DNA from: Elainellaceae cyanobacterium | GTDB taxonomy: Bacteria; Cyanobacteriota; Cyanobacteriia; CAZCXK01 | DNA: 33,843 nt | Direction of reading: 5' to 3' | NCBI GenBank assembly: GCA_051117555.1 | Contig: JBNPEG010000098.1 | Span: 5,771 to 39,613 of the forward strand | Shown here: positions 1 through 10,210 of the stretch, one piece after another | How positions within the stretch are numbered: position 1 is the first letter of the stretch | How the letters are laid out: the number at the start of each line of letters is the position of its first letter | Translations under genes and position numbers: made by a program | The notes under the pieces: generated by a model | What the model saw: the letters and a program-made list of their open reading frames with translations, nothing else | The model's database searches: none | Told to the model about the DNA's origin: nothing

Positions 1-1
1 T

Positions 2-100
2 TCAATTACGCCTGGCTTGATTTGGATTAGTGCTCCCAATCAAGATGGTGCCAATGATGGCATTGTCGTCGGCACATTTCGAACAACATTTAGCTTTTGA
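2..100 (+). CDS. 3' end (partial) of a cyanobacterial outer-membrane porin (OprB/SomA-type 'iron uptake porin')
   Basis: Manual translation of frame 2 gives SITPGLIWISAPNQDGANDGIVVGTFRTTFSF*. The ITPG...RTTFxF end with terminal Phe is typical of this porin family. Not in the ORF track. Confidence 0.85.
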   Translation, partial: SITPGLIWISAPNQDGANDGIVVGTFRTTFSF

Positions 101-129
101 TCAGATGGAATGGGGCGAGTGTGCCACCA

Positions 130-264
130 GCCTGACTGACTGACAAAACTTACCAGAACCCAGACCATTCAAAGGGTCAGGTAACCTGACCCCTACATTG
201 TCCGAAATTCCGTAGGGGCGAGATTTCCTCGCCCAATGCAGAATCTTTTGTCAGTCAATCAGGC
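130..264. mobile_element. MITE/REPIN-like element with terminal inverted repeats enclosing two inverted GTAG-REP hairpins
   Basis: GCCTGACTGACTGACAAAA (130-148) pairs with TTTTGTCAGTCAATCAGGC (246-264), 1 mismatch. Internal REP-like units at 174-196 (minus: GTAG-GGGTCAGG..CCTGACCC) and 212-234 (GTAG-GGGCGAG..CTCGCCC). Confidence 0.75.
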
Positions 265-271
265 CACTGGT

Positions 272-1750
272 TTATGTCCCACCGGATAGAGCGGTGCCAA
301 TCGCATCAACCACGCGTTTAACCGGAATGATCTCCATGTCCAGGTTGGGAATGTTGGTTGTGGCAGGCACGATCGCGCGCTTAAATCCTAGCTTTGCTGC
401 TTCTCTAAGGCGGAGTTCCATTTGAGATACCGATCGCACTTGTCCACCTAGCCCCACTTCGCCAATCAAAACCGTCTCGGGATTCACCATGCGATCGCGG
501 AAACTCGCAGCCACGGCGATCGCCACCCCCAAATCAGCAGCCGGTTCAGCGACATTCAGCCCGCCTGATGAGGCCACATAGGCATCCAGCTTTGAAAGCG
601 GAATACCGACCCGCTTTTCTAAGACTGCCAAAATTTGCAGCAGTCGATTATATTCAATGCCGGTTGTTGAACGGCGAGGGGATGCATAGCTCGTAGGGCT
701 GACCAAGGCTTGCAGTTCGACGACGAGCGGACGGGTTCCTTCACACGCCACGATGGTCGCTGTGCCAGGAGCGAGCTCATCTCGATTGCCTAGAAACAGC
801 TCAGAGGGGTTGAGCACTTCTTCCAGACCTCGATCGACCATCTCAAACACACCCAGCTCGTGGGTTGCCCCAAACCGATTTTTGACCGACCGCAGCAGTC
901 GATGACTTGCAAAGCGATCGCCCTCAAAATAGAGCACAGTGTCAACCAGATGCTCAAGCACCTTTGGACCGGCGATCGCCCCTTCTTTAGTGACGTGTCC
1001 TACGATAAACAGCGTGATATTTTTCCGTTTGGCAATCTGCATCAGCGCTGACGTACACTCCCGCACCTGAGACACCGATCCGGGCGCTGAGTTTAGGGCT
1101 GAAAAATAAAGCGCCTGGATGCTGTCAATCACGGCTGCTTGTGGATGCAGTGCATCCAATTCTGCCAGAATGGTTTCTAAGTCGGTTTCGGGCAGTAGAT
1201 AGAGCTGAGATGAGGTCGGCAGTCCCGTCTCGGCATGAGTCGTATGAGCATCGATCACCTCAGCATTAGGTGTGTTACCGACAATATTCAACCGTTGCGA
1301 TCGCAATTTGACCTGCTGTCCCGATTCCTCTGCACAAACGTAGAGCACGCGATATTGGGCAGCAAGACGGCCTGCCACTTGAAGCAATAGCGTTGATTTG
1401 CCAATCCCCGGATCGCCACCAATCAGCACAAGCGATCCCGGAACAATTCCGCCACCGAGTACTCGGTCTAGCTCACCGTAGCCTGATGAAAGTCTCTGTT
1501 GGGGATAGTCTGAAATTTGAGGGAGAGTCAGTGACGCAAGGGGCTGTACTGCGACCTCCTCTGATCGCCCCGGTGCCGATTTGGGCGATCGCGTAGCAGA
1601 TAGAACATTCGATCGAGCGGATGAGCTACCCGACGTGACCGCTTGCTCGACCATCGAATTCCAGCTTCCGCAAAACGGGCATTTGCCAAAGTATTGGGGA
1701 GCCTCTGCGCCGCACTGAAAACAAACATACTGGGAGCGAATCTTTGGCAT
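272..1750 (-). CDS. radA: DNA repair protein RadA/Sms
   Basis: C4 zinc finger CFQCG...CPFCG, Walker A GDPGIGKST, KNRFG motif, Lon-like C-terminus. Start trimmed to ATG at 1750 (MPKIRS...). Confidence 0.97.
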   Translation of the reverse strand: MPKIRSQYVCFQCGAEAPQYFGKCPFCGSWNSMVEQAVTSGSSSARSNVLSATRSPKSAPGRSEEVAVQPLASLTLPQISDYPQQRLSSGYGELDRVLGGGIVPGSLVLIGGDPGIGKSTLLLQVAGRLAAQYRVLYVCAEESGQQVKLRSQRLNIVGNTPNAEVIDAHTTHAETGLPTSSQLYLLPETDLETILAELDALHPQAAVIDSIQALYFSALNSAPGSVSQVRECTSALMQIAKRKNITLFIVGHVTKEGAIAGPKVLEHLVDTVLYFEGDRFASHRLLRSVKNRFGATHELGVFEMVDRGLEEVLNPSELFLGNRDELAPGTATIVACEGTRPLVVELQALVSPTSYASPRRSTTGIEYNRLLQILAVLEKRVGIPLSKLDAYVASSGGLNVAEPAADLGVAIAVAASFRDRMVNPETVLIGEVGLGGQVRSVSQMELRLREAAKLGFKRAIVPATTNIPNLDMEIIPVKRVVDAIGTALSGGT

Positions 1751-1800
1751 AACTTTATAGCAGACCCTATCATCACGTGGTTGGAGATTGCTGACGATCA

Positions 1801-1822
1801 AATACTGTTAAATACTGTTAAG
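1801..1822 (-). promoter_or_regulatory. 10-bp-period direct repeat resembling an HLR1 (RpaB-binding) site in the radA/rpaB divergent spacer
   Basis: AATACTGTTA occurs twice. On the minus strand it reads TTAACAGT-AT-TTAACAGT, compared with HLR1 (G/T)TTACA(T/A)(T/A)-N2 repeated: same spacing, 2 mismatches per half. Confidence 0.4.
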
Positions 1823-1986
1823 TAATTCTACAAATAAGATAAATCTTAAGAAACTCTGAAAACAGCTTCAGAAGTGAATCTCAGCATTCCTAAAGCTGTA
1901 TTTTAGGCTACTATTTTAATGATAAAACACATAAAGTTAACTATTAGAAACTTGGTTTAACCTCTGTTTGTTGATTTTAGGGAGCC

Positions 1987-2727
1987 TTGACTAAATTGGA
2001 TAATCACAAGGAAAAAATTCTCGTGGTCGATGATGAAGCTAGCATTCGGCGCATTCTAGAAACTCGCCTTTCAATGATCGGGTATGACGTCGTTACGGCG
2101 GCAGATGGGGAAGAAGCCCTCGACACATTTCGCAATTCGGAGCCAGATCTGGTCGTTCTCGATGTGATGATGCCCAAACTAGATGGCTACGGAGTGTGTC
2201 AAGAACTCCGGAAAGAGTCAGACGTTCCTATCATTATGCTCACTGCTTTGGGAGATGTCGCCGATCGAATTACGGGCTTAGAGCTTGGCGCAGATGATTA
2301 TGTGGTCAAGCCATTTTCCCCTAAGGAGCTTGAAGCCCGAATTCGCTCAGTCCTCCGGCGGGTCGATAAGGTTGGCACAACTGGAATTCCAAGCTCGGGC
2401 ATTATCCAAGTCAGTAGTCTACGCATTGACACAAATAAACGCCAAGTTTATAAGGGGGGAGAGCGGATTCGTCTGACCGGAATGGAATTTAGCCTACTCG
2501 AGCTGTTAGTGGGTCGATCGGGAGAACCTTTCTCACGATCTGAAATTCTTCAAGAAGTTTGGGGCTATACTCCTGAACGGCATGTGGATACTCGGGTTGT
2601 AGATGTTCATATTTCCCGTCTTCGAGCCAAGCTAGAGGATGATCCGAGCAATCCAGAGCTAATTCTGACCGCTCGTGGAACCGGGTACTTGTTCCAGCGC
2701 ATCATTGAGCCTGGAGAAAACGAGTAG
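1987..2727 (+). CDS. rpaB: OmpR-family response regulator RpaB (Ycf27)
   Basis: KEKILVVDDEASIRRILETRLSMIGY and WGYTPERHVDTRVVDVHISRLR are typical of RpaB. TTG start (1987 or 1996) after GGAG; radA-rpaB-plsX gene order. Confidence 0.95.
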   Translation: MTKLDNHKEKILVVDDEASIRRILETRLSMIGYDVVTAADGEEALDTFRNSEPDLVVLDVMMPKLDGYGVCQELRKESDVPIIMLTALGDVADRITGLELGADDYVVKPFSPKELEARIRSVLRRVDKVGTTGIPSSGIIQVSSLRIDTNKRQVYKGGERIRLTGMEFSLLELLVGRSGEPFSRSEILQEVWGYTPERHVDTRVVDVHISRLRAKLEDDPSNPELILTARGTGYLFQRIIEPGENE

Positions 2728-2807
2728 CGCATTTAATTCCATCGTCTAATTCCATCGTCAGGGGATACCATCTGATAAGATCTTTTAGGTTTCTATAAGT
2801 TTGGTCG

Positions 2808-3842
2808 ATGGGATCAACTCGGGCACGGATTGCAATTGATGCGATGGGGGGAGATCACGCCCCTGATGAAATTGTTGCTGGCGCACTCAGAGCGCGGGAA
2901 GAGCTTGATGCAGAGGTCATTTTAGTTGGCGATCCTGAACGGGTCGAAGCTTCAGTAAAACACCATCACCCGGCTGGTGATTTGGAGATTGTTTCTGCTG
3001 AGGGCACAATTGAGATGCATGAAGAACCTTTGGTCGGTCTCAAGCGCAAGCCTAGAGCGTCGATCAATGTCGCAATGGATTTGGTTAAAAAGAGGAAGGC
3101 TGACGCAGTCGTTTCGGCTGGGCATTCTGGGGCAGCAATGGCATCGGCACTGCTGCGTCTAGGTCGTCTAAAGGGGATCGATCGCCCTGCTATCGGAGCC
3201 GTGTTGCCTACCATGGTAGCGGGCAAACCGGTTCTGATCTTGGATGTAGGAGCGAATGTCGATTGTCGCCCTAAGTTTTTAGAGCAGTTCGCGGTTATGG
3301 GCAGTGTCTATTCTCATTGTGTTCTGGGTATTCCAGAACCCAAGGTCGGATTGCTGAATATCGGCGAAGAATCGACGAAGGGCAATGACTTAGCGATTAG
3401 AGTCCACCAGCTTTTGCAGGAAAATCCTCGCGTTTCATTTATCGGCAATGCTGAAGGTCGAGATGTGTTGTCGGGTGCATTTGACGTAGTGGTCTGCGAT
3501 GGCTTTGTGGGTAATGTTCTGCTAAAGTTTGCGGAGGCAATTGGGGAAGTGCTGCTTCAAATTATGCGAGAAGAGCTTCCTCAAGGGATTCAGGGTCGAA
3601 TAGGAACGGCAGTGTTAAAGCCAAACCTTCGACGCATCAAGCAGCGAATCGACCATGCCGAGCACGGCGGCGGTCTACTTCTGGGTGTTGCAGGGATTTG
3701 CATCATTAGCCATGGCAGTTCCCAGGCTCCGTCGATATTCAACGCTATCCGATTGGCGAAGGAAGCAGTTGATCACAACGTACTTCATCAGATTCAATCT
3801 CAGTATCAAAAAGCTACCGCAACGGCTGCCGACGGAGAGTAA
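2808..3842 (+). CDS. plsX: Phosphate acyltransferase PlsX
   Basis: IAIDAMGGDHAP, IDRPAI, LDVGANVD, VVCDGFVGN and SHGSS motifs. Confidence 0.97.
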   Translation: MGSTRARIAIDAMGGDHAPDEIVAGALRAREELDAEVILVGDPERVEASVKHHHPAGDLEIVSAEGTIEMHEEPLVGLKRKPRASINVAMDLVKKRKADAVVSAGHSGAAMASALLRLGRLKGIDRPAIGAVLPTMVAGKPVLILDVGANVDCRPKFLEQFAVMGSVYSHCVLGIPEPKVGLLNIGEESTKGNDLAIRVHQLLQENPRVSFIGNAEGRDVLSGAFDVVVCDGFVGNVLLKFAEAIGEVLLQIMREELPQGIQGRIGTAVLKPNLRRIKQRIDHAEHGGGLLLGVAGICIISHGSSQAPSIFNAIRLAKEAVDHNVLHQIQSQYQKATATAADGE

Positions 3843-3844
3843 TC

Positions 3845-4846
3845 GTGCAGGAAAAATCAGGATTTGGTATTGCAATGACAGGCTGTGGCTCGGCTGTTCC
3901 GGCTGCATCGCTTGATAACGTGAGTTTGAGTCAAATCGTTGATACCTCTGACGACTGGATTTCAAGCCGAACAGGAATTCGATTTCGTCAAATCGCCGGG
4001 GAGTCTGAATCGTTAACGACGCTGGCGACTCAAGCGGCGCAGTCGGCGATCGCCATGGCGGGTATTTCCCCGTTAGATGTCGATCTAATTATTTTGGCAA
4101 CCTCAACGCCTGATGATTTATTTGGCAGTGCTAGTAAAATTCAGGCTGAATTGGGGGCTGCAACTGCTACCGCATTTGATTTAACAGCGGCCTGTTCTGG
4201 ATTCATTTTTGGGTTAGTGACGGCGGCTCAGTTTATCCGCACGGGCACCTATCGAACGGTTCTCCTGATTGGAGCTGATGTTCTTTCCCGCTGGACAGAC
4301 TGGAGCGATCGCCGCACCTGTGTGTTGTTTGGTGATGGCGCAGGTGCAGTCGTCATTCAAGCCGATCCGAGCGATCGCCTGTTAGGGTTTGAACTGCGCA
4401 GCGATGGCACCCAAAATGGCTGCTTAAATCTTTCATACGAGAGTCAACCCAACGAACTCCTGAATGGCATTACAGTCAATCAGGGGACATTTCACACCAT
4501 TACTATGAACGGGCAAGAGGTATACCGATTTGCGGTCAAACGAGTTCCCGAAGTTATCGAAAAAGCTCTCCATCGTGCCAATTTAACAGTTGACCAAGTA
4601 GACTGGCTCTTGCTTCATCAAGCCAATCAGCGCATTCTCGATGCGGTCGCTCAACGGCTAAATATTTCGTCTGAGCGGGTGATTAGCAATATGGCTCACC
4701 ATGCAAATACGTCTGCTGCGTCGATTCCATTGGCGCTTGATGAAGCTGTCCGCCAAGGCAAAATTCAACCGGGCGACATCATCGCATCGTCAGGGTTTGG
4801 TGCAGGATTGACATGGGGAGCGGCTGTCTTCCAGTGGGGGCGTTAG
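3845..4846 (+). CDS. fabH: 3-oxoacyl-ACP synthase III
   Basis: AACSGF catalytic Cys, LFGDGAGA, HQAN, NTSAAS, GFGAGLTWG. Confidence 0.97.
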   Translation: MQEKSGFGIAMTGCGSAVPAASLDNVSLSQIVDTSDDWISSRTGIRFRQIAGESESLTTLATQAAQSAIAMAGISPLDVDLIILATSTPDDLFGSASKIQAELGAATATAFDLTAACSGFIFGLVTAAQFIRTGTYRTVLLIGADVLSRWTDWSDRRTCVLFGDGAGAVVIQADPSDRLLGFELRSDGTQNGCLNLSYESQPNELLNGITVNQGTFHTITMNGQEVYRFAVKRVPEVIEKALHRANLTVDQVDWLLLHQANQRILDAVAQRLNISSERVISNMAHHANTSAASIPLALDEAVRQGKIQPGDIIASSGFGAGLTWGAAVFQWGR

Positions 4847-4930
4847 ACGTGCTTAGTCACGCGTCGAGAACGGTGGCTTTACAAGACAACAAGATTTGAA
4901 TTAGCAAGGTTTGAAGAAGGGCGATAGGTG

Positions 4931-5815
4931 ATGACAAAAACTGCGTGGGTTTTTCCTGGACAGGGGTCTCAATCGGTAGGGATGGGATCTGATCTAGTTG
5001 AGCAATCCGTCGCCAGAAACACATTCGAGAAGGCCGAATCGATTCTGGGCTGGTCGGTTCCCGATGTTTGTAAAAATGAGGACGACAAAGTCTCTCGAAC
5101 GCTCTATACCCAGCCCTGCCTCTATGTCATCGAAAGCATTCTGGCCGATGCCTTGATGGCAAACGGGCACTCGCCAGCCCTTGTTGCCGGGCACAGCCTT
5201 GGAGAATATGTTGCACTCTATGCGGCACGAGTATTTGACTTTGAGACAGGATTGCGGCTCGTTCAGCGACGTGCCAAACTCATGGATCAAGCATCCGGTG
5301 GTTTGATGGCAGCGCTCATAGGGTTTGATGCTCAGCAGCTTCAAGAGCTGCTTCAGAACTCGTCTGATGTTGTACTTGCGAATGACAATAACGCGGGACA
5401 AGTCGTGATTTCTGGAGAGCCTAATGCCGTCGAAGCGGTCATGGCTGAGGTGAAAGCCAAACGAAAAGTCAAGCTTAATGTCAGTGGCGCTTTTCATTCG
5501 CCATTTATGGCAGAGGCGGCAGCAGAATTTGGCACGGTCTTGGAATCTATCGCGTTTCAAGATGCTCACATTCCGGTGTTATCCAATGTCGATCCGTCTC
5601 CCACAACGAATGCTCAGATTCTTAAAGACCGGCTCGTTCAACAAATGACCGGCTCTGTTCGTTGGCGGGAAATTTCGTTACAGTTGCCCAAAGAGGGAAT
5701 CGATTGTGTGGTTGAAGTTGGACCGGGCAAAGTATTAACCGGGCTCATAAAGCGGACGTGTTCTGACCTTGAGTTGAAGAATATAAGTCGTTTGGCAGAT
5801 TTGGCAGATTTTTAA
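4931..5815 (+). CDS. fabD: Malonyl-CoA:ACP transacylase
   Basis: FPGQGSQ, GHSLGEY, VSGAFHS, EVGPGKVL. ATG at 4931, with an alternative GTG at 4928. Confidence 0.97.
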   Translation: MTKTAWVFPGQGSQSVGMGSDLVEQSVARNTFEKAESILGWSVPDVCKNEDDKVSRTLYTQPCLYVIESILADALMANGHSPALVAGHSLGEYVALYAARVFDFETGLRLVQRRAKLMDQASGGLMAALIGFDAQQLQELLQNSSDVVLANDNNAGQVVISGEPNAVEAVMAEVKAKRKVKLNVSGAFHSPFMAEAAAEFGTVLESIAFQDAHIPVLSNVDPSPTTNAQILKDRLVQQMTGSVRWREISLQLPKEGIDCVVEVGPGKVLTGLIKRTCSDLELKNISRLADLADF

Positions 5816-5853
5816 TCTAGTTCTTAAGTTGGATGTTTTGAACTCGATATCGT

Positions 5854-6492
5854 ATGAGTCGCAATCGCGAACCGCTGATTAGCTTACTGCTGTATCACGC
5901 CTTTAAATGGACAGTGGTCAGTCCGATGCTGCATCTCTATTTTCGAGGGCAAATCCACGATGCCGATCGCGTGCCTCAACACGGTCCTCTGATTATTGTG
6001 AGCAACCACGCTAGCGATTTTGATCCGCCGATCGTGTCGAGCTGCATCCGCCGCCCGGTTGCCTATATGGCCAAAGAAGAATTATTTAAGGTGCCGATTC
6101 TGGGTCGAGCGATTCACCTGTATGGCGCATATCCTGTCAAGCGAGGTGCTGCCGATCGCAGTGCCATTCGACAGGCGATCGCCAAACTTGAAGACGGTTG
6201 GGCAGTGGGAGTTTTTCTCCAAGGTACGCGCACGCCTGATGCTCGGATTCCATCTCCGAAGCTTGGAGCCGCCCTGATTGCCGCTAAAACCCAAGTTCCG
6301 CTCTTGCCTGTGAGCGTGTGGGGTACTCAAGCCATTATTCAAAAGGGCAGCTCGCTGCCTCATTCCGTGCCAATCACCGTTCGCATCGGAAACCTGATCT
6401 CGCCCCCCTCATCGAGCGATCGCGACGAATTAACCGCCCTAACTCATCGTTGTGTAGAGGCAATCCATCAGCTTCATAGCCTGGGGCGTTAG
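5854..6492 (+). CDS. plsC: 1-acyl-sn-glycerol-3-phosphate acyltransferase
   Basis: NHASDFD (HxxxxD) and FLQGTRT motifs; follows fabD. Confidence 0.93.
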   Translation: MSRNREPLISLLLYHAFKWTVVSPMLHLYFRGQIHDADRVPQHGPLIIVSNHASDFDPPIVSSCIRRPVAYMAKEELFKVPILGRAIHLYGAYPVKRGAADRSAIRQAIAKLEDGWAVGVFLQGTRTPDARIPSPKLGAALIAAKTQVPLLPVSVWGTQAIIQKGSSLPHSVPITVRIGNLISPPSSSDRDELTALTHRCVEAIHQLHSLGR

Positions 6493-6586
6493 AGACTGCC
6501 TTACCGATCGCGCGTACCCCAGCGACTAGAGTTCGTGTCGCAACTCCAGCCGCTAGCATTCAAAGTTTGTCAGTCAATTAGATATC

Positions 6587-6680
6587 TATAGCCTTACGCT
6601 CTCGTGTTAGGACGCTGACCGTGTGGTGAGCCCTGCGCCACGCAGGGCTCACCACACAAACCTGAGCCCATAGGACTATA
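6587..6680. mobile_element. TATAG-ended MITE-like element with a perfect 17-bp internal hairpin
   Basis: Ends TATAGCCTTACGCTC / GAGCCCATAGGACTATA form an imperfect IR. Stem GTGTGGTGAGCCCTGCG (6621-6637) / CGCAGGGCTCACCACAC (6641-6657). Same layout as the elements at 24015 and 26606. Confidence 0.6.
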
Positions 6681-6800
6681 TAATCGCCAGCCCCTTTCGC
6701 TATTTCTCTGCATCAAGGACTCTTCGCAGCCTAACTCAATCCTTAAAGCACGATAGACTATGAGTTCGAATTCAGTTTGACGTGTCTACCGTGAAAGCCC

Positions 6801-7868
6801 ATGACCAAGGCGCCGGTTAAGAATATCTGGGAAAAACTAAACAATGTTGTATTAGTTCGGTTTCTTTTGTTATTTGCGTCAGGCTGGGCGCTGATAGAGC
6901 TTTTATCGTATTTTGAAACCGTTTTTGTTATCTTTACGTCCGCTACAATTCTGGCGTTTTTATTAAGCTATCCAGCAAAGTGGCTCCAGCGGTTCTTACC
7001 GCACGGTGTTGCGGTTAGCCTCATTTTTTTGGTCAGCATGGTTTTGATTGGGGCAATCTCTATGACAATCAGCCTGGCAGTGCTGTCTCAAGGGCGTGTT
7101 TTAGCTGACAGTGTGACAGAATTTCTCAACTCGCTTGCTCCTGTCGTTAGCCAGCTTGAGCAGTTTTTAAGCAATTGGGGCATTCAAGTTAATCTTGAGG
7201 CGATTGAAGAACAACTGAGAGAACAAGCCCTAGATGGTTTAAGATTTGGGCTTTCTGTAATCCCAATTTTTCTTGCTAATTTGATTAATTTGATTTTTAT
7301 CGCCGTGGTTGCGTTTTTTATGCTGCTTGATGGAGAACGCCTGTGGCAATTTACGCTTAAAGTCATACCGATTCATTTGAGAATTCGGTTTACAGAAACA
7401 GTTCGGCGCAACTTATTAGGTTTTTTTTGGGGACGATTGCTGCTCTCCCTATTTTTTGGAATCTCTTCATTTCTAACTTTTCTATTATTAAATGTGCCAT
7501 TTGCACTCGTGCTTGCCATCATTGCGGGACTATTTGATCTGATTCCGGGCATCGGAGCAACGTTAGGCATTAGTCTCGTTTGCCTAATTCTTTTGTCGGA
7601 AGGCGTGTGGTTGGCTCTTAAAGTTTTAGTAATTTGCGTCTTGCTTCAACAGGTAGAAGAGAATCTGTTGCTGCCTCACGTGATGAAAGGATCGCTCGAT
7701 ATTAACCCGGTGGTGATGTTTTTTGCCCTGCTTGTCGGCGCTAGAATTGCTGGAATCTTTGGCGTATTTTTGGCTATTCCGATTGCAGGCGTCGTTGTGA
7801 GTTTGCTCGAAATCGAAGAAATGAAAGGGCGATCGCCCATCGAACGACTGCCCCGCGGAAAATCATAA
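6801..7868 (+). CDS. AI-2E (UPF0118) family transporter
   Basis: Multi-TM protein with FFMLLDG, DLIPGIGA, QQVEENLLLP and GVFLAIP motifs. Confidence 0.9.
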   Translation: MTKAPVKNIWEKLNNVVLVRFLLLFASGWALIELLSYFETVFVIFTSATILAFLLSYPAKWLQRFLPHGVAVSLIFLVSMVLIGAISMTISLAVLSQGRVLADSVTEFLNSLAPVVSQLEQFLSNWGIQVNLEAIEEQLREQALDGLRFGLSVIPIFLANLINLIFIAVVAFFMLLDGERLWQFTLKVIPIHLRIRFTETVRRNLLGFFWGRLLLSLFFGISSFLTFLLLNVPFALVLAIIAGLFDLIPGIGATLGISLVCLILLSEGVWLALKVLVICVLLQQVEENLLLPHVMKGSLDINPVVMFFALLVGARIAGIFGVFLAIPIAGVVVSLLEIEEMKGRSPIERLPRGKS

Positions 7869-7888
7869 GTGGAAAGCCCTATTGATTT

Positions 7889-8013
7889 GTAGTGGCGTGG
7901 CACAGCTAAAATAGTGCATTAAGTAGGGTGTCGTTAGCGCAGCGTAACGCAACGATTCCAAGAGCTTCAGCCCTTTAAGGATTTGCACTATTTTAGGCAT
8001 GTCAAACCACTAC
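7889..8013. mobile_element. MITE-like element enclosing a GTAG-REP hairpin
   Basis: GTAGTGGCGTGGCACAGCTAAAATAGTGCA pairs imperfectly with TGCACTATTTTAGGCATGTCAAACCACTAC. Internal GTAGGGTGTCGTTAGCGCAGCGTAACGCAAC at 7923-7953. Confidence 0.65.
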
Positions 8014-8042
8014 GATGTGCTAAGAGGTTTTTCGGATAGGTA

Positions 8043-8146
8043 ATACCAAATTCTTCAAAGTAAGGCTACAAAGGAACAGGCCAGAACCCTTGCAAGGCTG
8101 CTGGCCGACAAGCCAAAATCGCAAATCCAAAATCGAGAATTGGTAT
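8043..8146. mobile_element. Small MITE-like element with ATACCAA(A)TTCT / AGAATTGGTAT ends
   Basis: 11-12 bp imperfect terminal IR; internal CAAAATC(G/C) heptamer-type repeats at about 8114-8135. Confidence 0.55.
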
Positions 8147-8156
8147 AGTTCTCCCG

Positions 8157-8564
8157 TCATGAATCCGTATCGTCGCTACCTTTTGAATACTGGTCAAGAG
8201 AGTCGTTAGCGGCTTCCCATCCAAGCTTGTGCTCCAACCAGACCTCTCGATCCGGCGGAAACTGATGGGGTTCGTCTAGCGATCCTGTTGTGATGTCTAA
8301 AATATCGGGAGTCTGATCGTTTGCATACGTCAGCGGCGTACCACAGAGGCTACAAAACGTTCTAAAAACGCCAGCAGAAGATTGATAAACACTCGGGTTA
8401 CCCGACACAAATTCAAAACTAGTTCGATTGAATGTTAGCCATCCAACTGATGGTGCTCCACTAGCCTTTCTGCATGTTTGGCAATGACAGATGATCGAAA
8501 ATAGAGGGAGTTCAGTTAGGTGATATCGGATGGACGAACAGAGGCAGCCGCCTTCGATAGTCAT
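8157..8564 (-). CDS. GFA (glutathione-dependent formaldehyde-activating / CENP-V-like) family protein
   Basis: GGCLC, CHCQTCRK and FCSLCGTPL Cys pattern. Start trimmed to MTIEGG (ATG at 8564). Confidence 0.9.
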   Translation of the reverse strand: MTIEGGCLCSSIRYHLTELPLFSIICHCQTCRKASGAPSVGWLTFNRTSFEFVSGNPSVYQSSAGVFRTFCSLCGTPLTYANDQTPDILDITTGSLDEPHQFPPDREVWLEHKLGWEAANDSLDQYSKGSDDTDS

Positions 8565-8662
8565 TGTGAGATTCTTAACATCATTTGCAGGTTTTATTGA
8601 GTCAATCCCAGCATTGAGATGCAAGAGATATAAGACCTAATGACCTTACCCCAATGGCTCAA

Positions 8663-10210
8663 TCAAGGCAATTTAGCGAGGATGCTAAGCAGTTTCTTGC
8701 TAAACGGAGTTAGCAACGTGCGGCGGTAGGCATCTGCTGCTTTTTTGATGGCTTCTGCCTGCGTCGGGTAGGGATGAATCACTCCCGAAAGCTTGCTCAA
8801 GCCGATGTTGTGCACGATCGCCGTTGTTACTTCGCTAATCATCTCTCCGGCATGTTTCGCGACAATGGTCGCTCCTAAAATCGTATCTGATCCTTTCTTG
8901 TGGTAAATTTTCAAAAATCCGTCGTCTTCGCCATCGGCAACGGCTCGATCTACATGCTCAAACCCAATCTTGATCGTGTTGACGTCAATACCTTGCTGCT
9001 GTGCTTCGTGCTCATACATGCCTACGTGCGCGATTTCTGGGTCGGTGTAGGTGACCCATGGCACAACTAGATCACTCACCTTTGAGCGTCCGAGCCCAAA
9101 TGGGGAAAACAATGTGTTTTTGATGACAATGCGAGCAGTTGCATCTGCGATATGCGTGAACTTATACGGCAAGCAGATATCTCCGGCTGCATAAATTCGA
9201 GGATTCGATGTTTGCAGATAGTCGTCGACGTGAACCCCTCGACGCGTATCATAGTCTACGCCAACAGCGTCTAGGCTAAGACTCTCGACGTTGGGAGCCC
9301 GCCCCGCTCCAGCCAAAATTTCATCGACGACAGTTGACTGTTCTTTACCGTCTTGATTAAAGTACAGCCTCTTTCCCTCTGGCGTTTTCTCAGCCCGGAT
9401 CGGTTCGCTATTCAGCACCAGTTGAATGCCTTCTTGAATAAATGCTTGTTGCACAATATCGGCTGCGTCGGCATCTTCTTTATTCAACAGGTGACTGCCT
9501 CGATGAAAGAGAATGACATCGCATCCTAAGCGGCGAAATGCTTGTGCGAGTTCGCATCCAATCGGGCCTCCACCAATCACAGCGAGGCGATTGGGACGCT
9601 CCGTTAAGTTAAATACGGTTTCGTTGGTGAGATAGCCGACGGTATCGATGCCATCAATCGACGGTTTTACTGCTCGTGCGCCCGTTGCGATGACGGCCTT
9701 TTTGAAGCGTAAGGTGCGATCGCCCACCTGAATCGTATCAGTGCCAGAAAAGTGCCCGTCTCCTAGAAACACATCCACGCCAATTTTCTGAAAGCGTTGA
9801 GCTGAATCGACATGACTCAACTCTGCTCGCAATCGTCGCATTCGCGCCATCACTGCCGGAAAATCAATCTCGATATGCTCGGGTGGCTCAATGCCAAACG
9901 GCTTTGCATGTCGCATATCTGCAACAACCCGCGATGAGCGAATCACGCACTTTGACGGCACGCACCCAACGTTTAAGCAATCGCCTCCCATCAGATGTCG
10001 TTCAACCAGAGCCACCTTCAACCCAATGTCTAAACCGGCAGCGCCAGCCGCTGTTACCAATCCGGCTGTGCCCGCCCCAATCACAACTAAGTCATACTCA
10101 TCTTGTGGCGTTGGATTGACCCAATCGGACGGGTGGACATACGACACCAGCTTCGTGTTGTATTCATCCATGGGTGGGATGGTGACAGGGGCGTGGGATG
10201 ACTGGCTCAT
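8663..10210 (-). CDS. Class I pyridine nucleotide-disulfide oxidoreductase (MerA-like, lacking MerA-specific Cys motifs)
   Basis: GAGTAG FAD site, GGDCLNVGCVPSK redox disulfide, GGGPIGCE, HPYPTQAE. No NmerA domain and no C-terminal Cys-Cys. Confidence 0.88.
   Translation of the reverse strand: MSQSSHAPVTIPPMDEYNTKLVSYVHPSDWVNPTPQDEYDLVVIGAGTAGLVTAAGAAGLDIGLKVALVERHLMGGDCLNVGCVPSKCVIRSSRVVADMRHAKPFGIEPPEHIEIDFPAVMARMRRLRAELSHVDSAQRFQKIGVDVFLGDGHFSGTDTIQVGDRTLRFKKAVIATGARAVKPSIDGIDTVGYLTNETVFNLTERPNRLAVIGGGPIGCELAQAFRRLGCDVILFHRGSHLLNKEDADAADIVQQAFIQEGIQLVLNSEPIRAEKTPEGKRLYFNQDGKEQSTVVDEILAGAGRAPNVESLSLDAVGVDYDTRRGVHVDDYLQTSNPRIYAAGDICLPYKFTHIADATARIVIKNTLFSPFGLGRSKVSDLVVPWVTYTDPEIAHVGMYEHEAQQQGIDVNTIKIGFEHVDRAVADGEDDGFLKIYHKKGSDTILGATIVAKHAGEMISEVTTAIVHNIGLSKLSGVIHPYPTQAEAIKKAADAYRRTLLTPFSKKLLSILAKLP

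Noticed and set aside
8663..10210. merA gene symbol
   Set aside because: No C-terminal Cys pair, no NmerA domain and no mer operon.
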